Assembly: GCA_022605425.2 (NCBI GenBank)
Contig: CM061251.1
Coordinates: forward strand, 372,001-436,000
DNA from: Hamiltosporidium tvaerminnensis FI-OER-3-3
Lineage: Eukaryota > Fungi > Microsporidia
Length of the DNA stretch: 64,000 bases
Direction of reading: 5' to 3'
The translations under genes and the position numbers were made by a program. The notes beneath the pieces are model-generated. The model ran no database searches. It was not told where the DNA came from and saw only the letters and a program-made list of their open reading frames with translations. Below are positions 47,875 to 61,463 of the stretch, piece by piece. Each line of letters starts with the position of its first letter. Position 1 is the stretch's first letter.

Positions 47875-50509
47875 CAACGTTATTAATAAAATCTCGTTAC
47901 ATAAAATTTAAAGTTAAATTGAAATCTAGTTTACGTTTATCAAACAATCGAAATTTCTTCTATTTAAATAATATATAGAAAAGTAAGAATTAAAGAAAAT
48001 TCGTTTTTGTTATTACACAATAAAATAAATGAAATGACAAAAATTTTTAGAAATAATTAAGATTCGATAGAATATTTTTTTGTTATAAAAAATATCAAAT
48101 TGAAAGGATAAAATAGAAAAATATTTGAAAAAAATTAGATTATTTTAAATCGGTTATAAATATGGGTTTTACCTTGCTTAACTGAAAAATAATTTAAATC
48201 CTTCCCTTAAGAAGGATACAAATATAAAAAATGTTTATTATGAAAGTTATTTTTTATTTTTAAAAAATCTACTCAAAATAAAGTCTAAATACCGTATTTT
48301 TTTGGTAGTAAAAGCGCTTAATAATTTAAAATAGAAATTAAATGTTATACTGACAATGTTTTTTAAAAAAAGCGGTGTATATTTGATTAAATTTACCATT
48401 TAGTCAAGAATAAGTCATCAACCATTTGTATAATACAAATATATAAATTCAAAACCATTTTTGCTAAAATTATAACAACTTCCATGTTATATGAACTCCT
48501 AGAAACATTTCTGTAACTTGAAATTGTGTTAATACCACCTCGAAACACCCCCTCCCCCTTAAGCAGTAAATAAATGTAATTCATTGTATTTACAACATCA
48601 TTCATCATAGTCTTTCTTTCTACTCATTACCTTGGTATAATATTATTTCTTACAAAAACAAGATCAAAGCTGCAAGAAAATCTCTCTTTAGCATTACTTA
48701 ATGATTTATAATGGAAAACACCGTTTTCAAATCTCAATCATAGCTAAATTAGTTTAAAAAATCCAAGTAGCTAGACCATTTTAAAATATTTTGAGATATT
48801 ATTAAATTAATCCGAAATTCAACCTTCATAGCGAAAGTATCAGATGTTAAATTATGTATAAAAGAATAGAACTATCGAATATTTTTAAATTCCGTTTAGG
48901 TTTTTTAAAAATAAAAACAAATCCCTTCCTTATAAAAAAACCCGTTCAATTTTCAATCAAACTATCTTTTTGTGATCCAATTTAGCAGGTACTTTAGCCA
49001 TAACGACATTTGAATTAAAACCTTTGACAATTTAATTTATTTTCGATTCAGTTTACTTCAGGTAATTACTGAATAAAAAATAGGGTTTATCGTCATGAAG
49101 TAGATGTTTAACCTCATTCAATAGCGAATTATTAACGGATTTGGCAGAAAATGTTAAAACCTGTTCGTAATAGAATATTTAGAGCCTCGAAAAAACATAC
49201 CCTTAGCTGAAAAAACACAAAATATAAAAAAATATATTTTGTATTGCATACATTTGAAGTGTTATGTGAGATCATAATGATGAAAAAAAAAATTTATGTT
49301 CACTACAGATATACTAAGCTTTTGGATACTTTGAATTGCTAAATTAAAGAGTGTAATCAATAAAAAACTCCCTGAAATATGTATAATCATTGACAAGCAA
49401 ATTTCGATTCTTTGAAGACAAAAGTAAGGAAATTAAAAACGGTTCTTAAATGACATCCCAGGAGTTTAAATAAAAGCAAAAATTAACGAAAAATAAAAAT
49501 TAGTGTGTCCAAGAAAAAATAGGAAACAATATTCAAACAATATAAAGATGATGATTAAAAACTCTTTCAAACATCAAAGAGAAAATATTGTAAAAATTTT
49601 ACAGTTTATTACCCAAAACAACATCAATTTTTAAATTGCAATAAACCTTTCTTTTTTTGTTACCTTTCATAAGAAAAATGAAAATAATACTTAATTTCAA
49701 TCTCCAGATCTTAAATAAATATTGTATTTTTCTGAAATTAATACAGAAACGAACTAATAAAAGAAAATATGGGATTAATTACAATCGAAATAAATATTAT
49801 CGTGCTATAATTCACCTTTCCTCTTATAAGAAAACATTATTCGATAGAAAACCCAATCGATATTGAATTTATTTCAAGGTGTGGGATATTATGTTCTATT
49901 ATAAAAAGATATCTATAATAATATATTCAACCGATGATTTTTTATAGATATTTTGAATGCCTAAAATCTAGTATTGTAGATTTTCTTAGTAGAAATATGA
50001 AAAACATACAAATCAAAAATACGCAAACTATAAACCCAGTTTAAAAAGGATTAGAAGATGCACAATAAAAATAAAATAAAAAATTTCTTTCTTCAGCTTT
50101 TCTGATTATGCCTTCTTGTTAAAGTAAGAAAATGTAGCAAAAACACCATTTATAACATTGAAAAAAACCAAAGTTTTGTTTAACCTTTTCTATTATTTCA
50201 TAAGTGTATGCTTTTTTTTATTTAAAATAGTCAAATATCAAGTAACGATTAAAAATACAAAGAGATAATATAAAGCAAAGAACTGATAAAAGAAAAAACG
50301 GATATTGAATAATGTTAAAAATTTTTCTTACATACCTTCTAAAACATTTTATTGTAAATATTGCATTATATTTTACATTTTATACCAAAAGCTTATATAT
50401 TAGTCTTTCAACCTATACGATCTTGTAGTAAAAACAAACTGCTTAATTTTACTTTCATTTAGCAGTAAACCTCTACAGATAAGTATGACGAGGAATAAGA
50501 GTTTTTATG

Positions 50510-51720
50510 AAACACCACAGTTTTGGTGGAATATCGAATCAAAGGTAAGAGACGAGAGTTTTAAGAAAGAGCCGATTCAATAGCAATATATAATCCGTAT
50601 ATATATTTTTATAATCTTTAAAAAACAAAGTACAAGGAAATAAGCCACAAAGTTTCAATATAGATACAATCTGACAATTTTTTTTTATTTTTATTGCCTA
50701 ACCATTTTTTTTATTTTAGTGGTTGTATATTGTAAAGTGAAAATGTTTCAAAGCACACTTCATGGCTTAAAAGAGTTTGCCAATATGTATAAATCTTTCA
50801 GGAGATCCATTTATTATTTTTGTTTATGGTAATATTATTATAGAAAAAAAGATCAAGTCTAGCGAATGAAAACATCCAAACAGGTACTGTTTTTAAAAAT
50901 TAAAAACAATAGTTTGGCTTGTAATAGTAATACGAACAGGATTAACTCATTACAAGAAAAACATGTTTACATATAGAAGGCAAAGAATTTGTAATTGTTC
51001 TGTATTACAAATAAAAAAGAAACAGGTGTCTATTTATATCGATTTAGAGTTTGAAAAAAAAATCAGATATGTGATAAAACGAGACATCATTTACACATCC
51101 CAAAACAAAATAAATAATATCTTTAATTGTCCTAAGCGACTATAGGATTTCAAGACGATCATGAGCGAAAATTACATTATGAAACATAGAAATATTTATT
51201 TCGTTGTTAGCGATTTGTTCAGTGTATATCTTTAATTTAGTTAAACAGTATAATATTTTCGAAATAGAATTTTCGATATCTGAAAATATTCAGACCAAAA
51301 CAACCAATATTTCAGCATCTAACTTAAAAAACATCGCATGAGATATAAGATAAAAAAAATATTTTTTGCCAGTTATTTGATGTAGGCAGTTCAACGTGCT
51401 TTGTTCCAATAGAAATACAATATCATGATGTTAAGTATTTTAATATATCCGTCATACAAGTGTTTAAAATAGTGGCGATTTTAAGATTTCACAAAAAATG
51501 TCTTGAAATTCGAAGATGTAAGAACAATTCAATTATATATGTTAGATTAGAACGGCGACTAAAAAATTTTTTTGGAATTTGTTTAAAAAGTTGATCAAAT
51601 ATTGAGATATTTGTTTCAGCATTTAAGATAGCCTTAACAGCGAAGCTTCAAAATAATTATTTTAAGCACATTTGTCATCAAACGAGCATAAAATTATACT
51701 TTCTATGGATACGATGACAA
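50510..51720 (+). mobile_element. Possible LTR-retrotransposon 5' relic (PBS-like site, aspartic protease)
   Basis: ccaca-gttt-TGGTGGA at ~50515-50530; LFDVGSSTCFV (~51373) and ILSMDTM (~51697) resemble the LxDTGAS and ILGxD protease motifs. Confidence 0.4.
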
Positions 51721-52720
51721 AAATAAAGTGATAACAAGACTTATCTAAAATATCTTTGGTTTTTATTTACTTATTCGGTTATTATTAAAAATAAATAATT
51801 TTAATAGTTATATGATGAATAATTGAATGAATAAATCAGTACTCCTATACTACAAATACAATGCCGATCAAACTAAAAATTAGGCATAAACTCATATAAT
51901 TTTTTTTATGTATATTAAAAACACAAACAAAATATCATGCGAGGCACAGTTTTTGGAAGCTTAAGAGATATAATTATTTAAAACGAGGCTTTTATTTGTC
52001 AATCTCTATATATAAACAAAGTTAAAACGTTTTTTTCAACTATTTTTAGAGTAAATTTTGTTTTATGATACGACCATCTTACTGAACTTCTTTGAAAAAG
52101 ACAGCATGGTACTGGCGTAACAAGAATATTGGGCAGAAGTTAGAAAAATATTTTTGTATATTTTTTTTTGATTTAATTTAGAATTTTTAGAAAAGCCAAA
52201 ATTTATTATTTAGATACTGAAATGCCGATGAATATTTGGCTTCTAATCAATATTGTATCAAATTTTTTTGTATATACTTGAGCTACATGAAACGTCTTAT
52301 ACTTTATTATGAGCTGGATTAAATTACCTCATTTCCTTATAATGCTCGTTAGTTCTAATAAGCGAGTTTGAGATTTATAAGGCCTAGAAGATTGAGTATT
52401 TGCTTTAATATCGCATACAATAAAAATAATTAACTAAATATATTTTATATTGTAAAAAGGCTAAATTGAGAGAAACTTGGCAAAATAAACTTTGTGCAAG
52501 TCTCATAACCATTTATTTCTTCCAACGCATTCTTTATATAAAAGTAAAACGGTTCTAAATTTCGCTAATAAGACCAAACGGTCTTCAAATCAATTGTAAT
52601 CATAATTTCAAAATTAAATTTTGTAAAAAATTCATTGCATCCATCAAAGTTAAAAGTAAATAAGCCATTTAAAAACCTCCTTTTTTTTAATTTTTACTTT
52701 ACCGAATTCCCAAAAGCAAA

Positions 52721-52952
52721 AATTGGATCTAGCGCTAAGAATCTAGTTGTGTGATATCGAAATTTACTCTAAGAGCCGGGTTTGATCACCTGTCGGTACA
52801 CTCTTTATCTTTTCGTATAAGAAAGTTTGCGTTGGACTGACAACCTAATCAATCAAAAGAAAAAGGTCCAAGGAAAGCCTATAACTTGGCGCAGCCTTGA
52901 TTCACTCTTGGATTATGTTCCATCAGTAGGGAAAAGAACGAGATAAAAAAAA
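52721..52952 (+). mobile_element. tRNA-headed SINE-like element, copy 2
   Basis: gccgggtttgatcacc B-box-like; body aaagtttgcg..ctga.aac.taa.caatcaaaagaaaa shared with 22215; A tail. Confidence 0.7.
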
Positions 52953-53541
52953 TTGCAAGCGAGTGAATATAAATATTTTGTTTTAAAGATATTTAATTTT
53001 TTAATTTGTAACTAATATTTTAAGAATTGTATATTCGCAAAACAATCTTGCAAAAAATAATTTACGAAACTTATAAATCAAACATGAATAGAGAATAAAA
53101 AACGCACTTTGAATTTATTTGCAGAAATTTTTTACAATAATTCTTCTTCTTTGATTACTATATTTATAAATAAATTTATTTATTTAATATTACTTCTAAA
53201 AATATTTTTTAAAACTATAATTTTGCGCAACTCATTTAAAGTATTTGCTTTTAAAAATTCTCTAAGCACCGTAAATTTTTTTTCTAACGAATTAAAAGAT
53301 TCTTGTCAAAAAAATATCTTCTTTCATATTGAAATATATATTTTAACATTGCCATATTTTTCTGGAAGGCAGCCAAGTTAAAAGTACATCTCATATAGAA
53401 GATCGTCTTTCAGTTCACCGTTACTTTGTAATTAATAAATGGTTTTGTAACTGTGAAAAAATCGTGTTTATTTATTTATGCATCCTGGTACCTTTTTTTG
53501 GCTTGGAAATATATTTATATTTATTAATTTTTAAAAGATAT

Positions 53542-54205
53542 TTTATTTAAAAATATTATACATTTTTAAAACAGTGGCATAGTTATTTTTGTTTTTATGA
53601 TGAAAACGCAGTTCTTGGTTTACCTCGAACTGCTCCTCAAGACTTTATCAGTATCACCTACAATACCTACACCTCATTGCCTTTTTTCTAAAAACTGCGT
53701 AGAATCCAGTTAACGAGCGATGCAGTTGCCTGATGTTCGTTAAGGCTCGTTGCATGAAGTGTGATCGTAGATCGAAACCTGCACTCGGCTAATCGAATAC
53801 ATGCAACATTACCAGTTTTCTACACTATAGAATCTCATAAACTTCTCGATAAGATATATCTCGGCGACTTACATGAGACACCTAAAAAAGGCAATGTCAT
53901 ACCAACAGGATAATCTACATCCTAGCTTTCGCGGCCTTAAATATTTTTATTTTTATATCTCCCAGGCGCTAAGTATTCTAACCCGAGTGTGCAAGGCCAG
54001 ATTTCCATGCTCTTGTTTGGCCATTATCTGTATGTTCAGCTGCGGTCTCCTCTCTAGTTACATAAAAAACTACAAAATAGATTTGTAGAAAAAGTTTCGC
54101 TATTTCATAAACCTTAACCTCCTCAAAAAAACTAACCTGAAACAACCTAAGATGTAGTGTGGTTTTTTCCCAGCAAAAAGCCAACAAGATTTCATGCATC
54201 AATTC
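53542..54205 (-). mobile_element. ~725-bp structured dispersed repeat, copy 4 (inverted, most diverged, 5' eroded)
   Basis: Reverse complement contains aaaccacactacatctt, ttttctacaaatctattttgtag, cactcgggttagaatacttagcgcctgggag, gccactgttttaaaaa. Confidence 0.85.
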
Positions 54206-54971
54206 ATTACTTTATTATCGTAATCCTAACGGCCCCTTTTATTTATAGGGATTTTTTTTTCACACGAAGGGAAACTATTGAAATAGGGGTTTAATAAAAA
54301 GAATTTATATATTTTTCCTAATAAAATTGCTTTCCGGTTGTTTTAGGTGGAAAAATTTCAAAGAAAGTTTAAAATTCGAATGCAGAAATGAAATAAAGTC
54401 AATGCATGAATTAAAGGTTTTTTATTCTTCCTTTAAAAACAGTTTTTAAAATACTAATCCTGTTTCTTATTTTTACCATGTCGTTACAGTGAATTTCAAG
54501 AATGGTAAAAGTACTTTCTTCTTTAAAAGTTTCATATGTTTTTTCTTTGTCAAAACCACTTTTTGATCTTTTATAAGGGTGTTTAGGTATTTCTTACTTT
54601 TAAAAGCTAATTATTTGCTTTTCTTTTTTTTTCACCATTACTTTGCTTTGACATAAAGGGTTTTAAATTCGATCTAAAGAGAAACTAATAGTATATATAA
54701 AGATACTATTAAATAAACAGCATATTTGTCCAAATGATTACTTTAGGCGTTAACCATATTTTTACAGTTGTTTGTCACATTTTATAGCTTCTTTTCCACA
54801 AAAAAATCAGTGCCAAAATATTAAATTCAAGTAAGAAAATATAAAGAAAAAAACGCAAAAAGAAGGATAAAAAGAAATATAAGTAGAAAGCAGAAATAAA
54901 ACCTTGAAATTTAAATTTTACTATACAGACAGTTTTAATAATCTTCTTCATCATTCTTTCTAAAAAAAAAT

Positions 54972-55235
54972 CCCTACAAATAAGAGAGGCCGATATAACA
55001 TAGGGGTAACGATAAGATTACGAAATTAATTCACAGGCAGAAAGTTTTTTATAACTCCGCAACAGATACGATGAGCTCTGCTCTGCCATCCTAAGCCCGG
55101 ATAAAGGAGAAGGGTTGAGCATAGGGCCAACACTCCTATCTTACAAAACCATATTGTTACGAAACCGAAACGAATAATATAAACTTAAAAAAATCGTTAA
55201 GGAGGCATGGGCTCTTTGGAGGCTATAGCGCCAAA
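54972..55235 (+). mobile_element. RTE-derived bipartite non-autonomous retroelement, second family
   Basis: aagcccggataaaggagaagggttgagcatagggccaacactcc..tgttacgaaacc (RTE 5'UTR-like) joined to ggaggcatgggctctttggaggctatagcgcca (RTE 3' end-like). 5' boundary uncertain. Confidence 0.65.
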
Positions 55236-55663
55236 TAGTCGTGGAAAGTTTTTACTGTGGATATTTTATCTCAAACCAATTTTTAAAAAGCATATTTATT
55301 CTTCTAGAATAACCAAATCTAAAATAAAAATACAAAATCAATATTTTGTAGTTAAATAATACGAAAAATATGTATACCAAGTTAAATTGAAAGTAAATTT
55401 CTTTTTTAGATCTAAAAAACCGAGATATTAATTTTAAAAGATTTAAGGTAATATTATTTATGATTTTTAGCTACTGATATAAAATAGAAATACATAACAA
55501 CTTTTTAAATAAAAGAATAGATTTATTTTTTTAAAAAATCATTTATCGATCTAATCTAAGACATACTATAAAAATTATTAAAATTAATTTCCCGATATAG
55601 AAAAAAAAATTAAGCTATGATAAGAGATAGTAATAGTATTTAAGCAGAAAAAAAAGCGGCCCC

Positions 55664-57098
55664 ATGGAAATTTCAAAAAAAGAAATCATAATTATATGTT
55701 GCATACTTGGTATTTTATCGACCATGGCTATAACTTATAAACTTATTCAGAATAAAAAAGACAGTAACAAAAAAAATGATGGAAAAAAACCCGAAAACCA
55801 AAAGTTGAAAGCGAAAGAAAAAGAATCACCGAATATAACTAAAAATATACCAAAAATTTCACATAATGTTTCACCACATAACGTATCACCACCACCTTTA
55901 CCAAGTGATATACCAACACCGCCACCTTTACCAAGTGATATACCATCACCACCACCTTTACCAAGTGAAATACCAACACCACAACCTTTACCAAGTGATA
56001 TACCAACACCACCACCTTTACCAAGTAATATACCGACACCCCAGCCTTTACCAAGTGATATACCAACACCACCACCTTTACCAAGTGATATACCAACACC
56101 ACCACCTTTACCAAGTGAAATACCATCACCACCACCTTTACCAAGTGAAATACCAACACCACCACCTTTACCAAGTGATATACCAACACCACCACCTTTA
56201 CCAAGTAATATACCGACACCCCAGCCTTTACCAAGTGATATACCAACACCACCACCTTTACCAAGTGATATACCAACACCGCCACCTTTACCAAGTGATA
56301 TACCATCACCACCACCTTTACCAAGTGAAATACCAACACCACCACCTTTACCAAATGATATACCGACACCCCAGCCTTTACCAAGTGATATACCAACACC
56401 ACCACCTTTACCAAGTGAAATACCAACACCGCAGCCTTTACCAAATGATATACCGACACCCCAGCCTTTACCAAGTGATATACCAACACCACCACCTTTA
56501 CCAAGTGATATAACAACACCACTACCTTTACCAAGTGATATACCAACACCACCACCTTTACCAAGTGATATACCATCACCACCACCACCAAAAAAAAAAA
56601 AAACACCCCACCAACCAAAAAAAAAAAAAAAAAAACAACCTTAACAAAAAAAAAAACCATCACCACCACCACAGTGAAATACCAACACCGCAGCCTTTAC
56701 CAAATGATATACCGACACCCCAGCCTTTACCAAGTGATATACCAACACCACCACCTTTACCAAGTGAAATACCAACACCGCAGCCTTTACCAAATGATAT
56801 ACCGACACCCCAGCCTTTACCAAGTGATATACCAACACCACCACCTTTACCAAGTGATATACTGACACCCCAGCCTTTACCAACTGACATACCACATAAT
56901 GTTCCGACGGGGAATTCCGGAAACATTCTTCCGGTACAGGGATCTAGTTCCACAACCGGATCTCATCCTGGAGCACATAATACACCTTTATCAAATGAAG
57001 CTAACAGCCTTGAAGAGGTACTTAAAAAAGGTATTCTAAGCAAGTTTCATAAAGTTGTGAGCCCTTCATCAGTCTTGTCATCATATTCATCTGACTGA
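55664..57098 (+). CDS. Signal-anchored proline-rich repeat protein, ~30 x [10 protein letters not shown]; interrupted by an A-run scar at ~56590-56670
   Basis: N-terminal [20 protein letters not shown]; 30-bp repeat array 55887-56890; the same repeat resumes in another frame after the A-runs. Confidence 0.85.
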
Positions 57099-57899
57099 TT
57101 TTCTTGAGCGAAAGAATTTCTAAAAGTTAATTGGTGCCCAAAAAAGCGTAGGTATAGAAAGACTAAAGAAAAAATATATTTGAGACGCGCTTTTGAATCT
57201 CCAGATTTGCAATAAAGTAAGTATTTCCTTTTTTCCTATATTTTATCTAATTTATTATATATCGCAAAAGAAATCGTATACCATTCTGTTACCTAATCGT
57301 CAAAAAAAAGCTGTTATAAGATGAGTTCATCTCGCTCTTAGACCAACATTTTCGAGTTTAAAAAAAAACTAATATTTTCACAGTCTCAACTAAATTCGTA
57401 CATTATATATTCTAAGTGAAGGAAAAATTGCTCGCTAAAAATTTATGTGAATTAATGTTGTTTTATTATTTCCTTCTATTTTTCTTTAATGCATTCACTT
57501 GTTAATTGCATAATTCAGAGTAAAAATACTTACTTACATATTCCTGTCCTCTTTTAATCTGTTATGACTCAAAATTATATAGAAGATGCCTATATTTCCA
57601 AAGTGGTTTATATTTACTGAAATGACAACAATGATCTTTACACCATTTAAATAAATCGTTGCCAAGTAGATAATTTTTAATGTGGCTATCCTCCCTCCAC
57701 TTAAAGTTAATAATACGTTAATAAAAGCATAAAAACGATATATTCCGGATACCCAGTTTTTAAAACAGTATTTTCGTAACTTAGAGCTTATTTTCTTTAT
57801 AATTTGAAATTTCCATATTTTAAGATTAAAATACAAAAAAAAGTGTCATATATAACTGAAATGTAAAAAAAACCGGTGAGAAGACAGATATTAAAAAAA

Positions 57900-60800
57900 A
57901 AGAATAAAATAAAATGAAATAAATATTTGTCATATTTAAAAACGGCATGACAAAACTCAATACAGATGCCATTCTAGAAGGAAATTGACTGATGGTATTG
58001 CACTCAATACTTGACTTTGTCACAGCCGAAGAGCAGGAATGGCCTAGATCTGCTATTCTAGCAGTTCAAAAGAGGTTTAGAGAATGCCCAGAAATGGCTG
58101 GCCCGCTACTCTGAGGTACTATAATGAGAAATTTGGCTGCACATTAGATATCGATGCGTTTAAAAAACTCGCACAAAATGAAGCGGGAAGGGAAATAAGG
58201 CAATAAGAGAATGGAGAGCGACGTAGAATTGCCACTTGTCTCACTAAGCCATGTACCCTGACTGACACCACGGAGTACATAAACTTGAGAGATAAATTTT
58301 TGAGTAAAATCAAAGAAATATCGGAGAAGGAAATTGGAAAAGTGGTGGTCTGAACTCGAAAGCTTAAAGTGAATTGGTTGACAGTAAAGTTTTGGACCTT
58401 AGTAATCGAATTAGCGGTGAGTATGCTGATTCTTATGTGCCGATGACAATAACTGCAGTGGCACGGATAATCCAGGCAGCCCAGGTATGCCATGACGAGG
58501 CAACACGTAAAATGAAGCCTTGATCCGCTTGGAAGGAAAACATAGAAAGTAAAATTTCTAAGTTAGTACTTTCCAAAGATCTTCTCAAGAAGGCTCGTAG
58601 GCAGGAAAAGCTCTCCACTTCGTAAACGAAGCGCCTTAAGAAAATCATGCGAGATTTTAATTTAAACTTAGGTAGTGTAACTGATCTTTCCGAGGCTTTA
58701 ATTAAGAAGAATGAGTCTTTGAATGTTTATAAAAAAAGTTACAATGCATGAAAATAGGAAGCGATTCCGAAAAGAGAATCGTATGTTTGAGCTTTTCCGA
58801 CGTCGATTTTATCTAGGGTTATCTGAGCGTGTGGAATCCGAGCATGTGGTCAGCCGTGATGAAATCGTGAGTTTTTGGTCTACAATGTGGAAAAAAAATG
58901 ATGATACAGTCAAGTATGATGATTATTTGATTCCATTTGTATCAGATAATCATTCGACCACGTTTCCTTCACGATGAATTTGTAAATATCATTAATTGGC
59001 TTCCTAATTGGAAAGCTGCTGGAATTGATGGTATTTACAATTTTTTCATTGAGAAACTTACAATTCTTCACAAATATCTTTATGATATTGTGAAAGTTAT
59101 ATGTTTAGAAAGAACACCTCGAGCTGATTGGTTTTACTGCAGGCTTACCTATTTGATACCCAAAGGAATTCCACGAAGAGGCTCTGACTACAGGCCAATC
59201 ACTTGTATGTCCAACCTCTATAAGTTAACGACAAAGTTGTAACGAAAGTAGTTCAACTTGAAGTGGAAAGGCGAGGGTGGCTTTCAGAGAATAAATTAGA
59301 AGGCGATAAGAGGTGTGCAGGGAGCGAAAGAGCAGGCTCTACTAAATACTGCCATAAATAAAGAGTACGGAAACAATCTTAAGGCAAGATGGATTGATGT
59401 TAAAAAAGCTTATGATTCACTAGATTATGCTTATTTAACTCAATGCATTGAAAACCATAATTTACCTGATTGGATCCTGAAATTTATTAAGGTAATTATA
59501 TCAAAATGGAAAATTGATATATCAGTAGGGCCTGAAAAAATCATGAGCAAGAAGATCGAGAGAGGGATTCTGAAAGAAGATAGTTTGTCACCATTGTTAT
59601 TTGTGTTGTGTATGGACCCATTAAGCCGAAAGCTTAATGAAAAATACACAAAAGTGACAGTACTCAACAGATGCAGAATCTCATTCTACCAATCATCTCT
59701 TGTTTATTGATGATCTTAAGCTCCTTGCAAAATAACTCTACATTGAGTGCTATTATAGGAGAGGCAAAGGAATTTTTAAAGGTGATTGGGTTAGAGATCA
59801 ACAAAGAGAAGTCAGCCACAAATGATACGTGTTGTGAAGATACTGCTACTCTTCTAGAAGGTATTAGTGTAGACAAAAATTAAACAAAGATAGAAAATAG
59901 CAGAGGAATTCCAACACGTAGCTCATTTGAAGAAGTACAGAGCAAACTTTTATCAAGAGTTGAAATACTTTCTCACACTAGATTTATGCAAAAAATTTAT
60001 TTTCAGCAATCAATCAATCAACCTGCGATATCGTTAACAAACTATCACATAGGAGTACTTCGACTTGAACCGGCTGACTTCTCTTAGTCAGATGATGCAG
60101 TGCGTACGGTGTTGGTGAAGAATAAGATACATCTTCGCTCGGGATGTAAAGAGCGGTTGTACCTTCCCAGAACAGAACTTGGAAGACGCCTACATAGTGT
60201 TGAGTTGCGAAGCAACATATGCTTCTGAAACTCTCGAATGTTCTTGAAAAAAGTAAAGAAAATTCAACTAGACGAGCAGAAATCCTTAAGGTGGAGAATA
60301 ATAATAAAACCAATCTCTCACTCATAAAAGGCTTCTTAAAAGTAAAGTACAGGTTGGTAGAAGAAGTCACTAAGAAAAGTTTAGAAGAAGCTCAACTTAC
60401 AAAACTATATAACGAAATAGAAAAACAGAAACTCTATTCAAAGTTATATGATGCAAAGAAAAATGTGCTTGAAGTGAGTGTTAGTGACTCTTCAAGATGG
60501 CTAAAGAAAGGGAATATTAGGCCACGCAATGAAGCCGTGTTCTGCTATATCAGGATAGAAATGTATTCTGGGGGGCAGAATGTATGTGTCAACATTTGAA
60601 TAAATCTGGTAAGACTTTAGATCATCTAGCAGCTCGATGTAAAATGGCTGGGACATGACTACACCAGACGGCATAATGAAGTGGTAAGATGCCTACACTT
60701 ACTTCTCCTAAATAGATATAAGTTTAAGTCCTCAAAACGAATTAGGAGTCACTCAGTTCAAGAAATTCTTGATAATGAGTATGCAGAGATAAGAGTGGAC

Positions 60801-61463
60801 ACCAGAATTAAAACTGATGTTAAATTTCGGAATAACAGACCGGACATATTTATTTTAGATAAGAAGAAGAATAAGATAATACTCATTGAAGTAGAAATCA
60901 CTTCCCAAGATTCACTTCAAATAGTTGAAACTGAAAAACTTAGGAAGTATGACCTGCTAGCCAATGATTTGGGTCTTATTTATAAGTGTAGTGTTGAGAT
61001 AATCCCTTATGTGATGACCTGGGACGGTATTGTGACAAAATACCATAAATCTCATCTTAAAAGACTAGAAATACCCATGAATGTAGAGGCATACATTCAG
61101 TCTATAGTACTTAAGAAAACAGTCGAAACAATTTCCTTTGATCGACGAAGAGGACTTGAGTCAGGACTAAATGCCGAAGAGAGCTGGGAGAGAGCGTCAA
61201 TGGGTGTTATTATGAGATCAGAGATGCATGATGAATCAACACCCCCTTTAAAAGGAGAGAAGAGAGAGGAAGATGGTGCAAAAAATTTTAAACCGAAAAA
61301 TAAAGCACCCTTCTTTCACAAGGAGGAACCACTTTAGAGGAACCGACCAATAACATAAATGAAGAGTCGGATTTGGAAGAAGAGACAGCAGTGGTTAAAG
61401 AGGTAGAAGAAAACATAAAAAGATAGTAAAAATATTTTAACCCAGAATTTTATTAAATAAAGT
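57900..61463 (+). mobile_element. Near full-length, inactivated non-LTR retrotransposon with RT and C-terminal restriction-like endonuclease (R4/Dong/NeSL-type)
   Basis: NWKAAGIDGIYNFF, LIPKG..SDYRPITCMSNLYK, WIDVKKAYDS, RGIL..DSLSPLLF, LFIDDLK, LDHLAARC, RHNEV, NRPDIFILD..LIEV. Many stops and frameshifts; ends aataaagt. 5' end approximate. Confidence 0.93.

Noticed and set aside
56590-56670. Genuine poly-lysine C-terminus or programmed frameshift
   Set aside because: The A-runs replace about 2-3 repeat units while keeping cca/acc remnants, which is typical of a low-quality consensus.
55839-56953. Val-rich and His-rich ORFs over the proline array
   Set aside because: Antisense and alternate frames of the 30-bp repeat.
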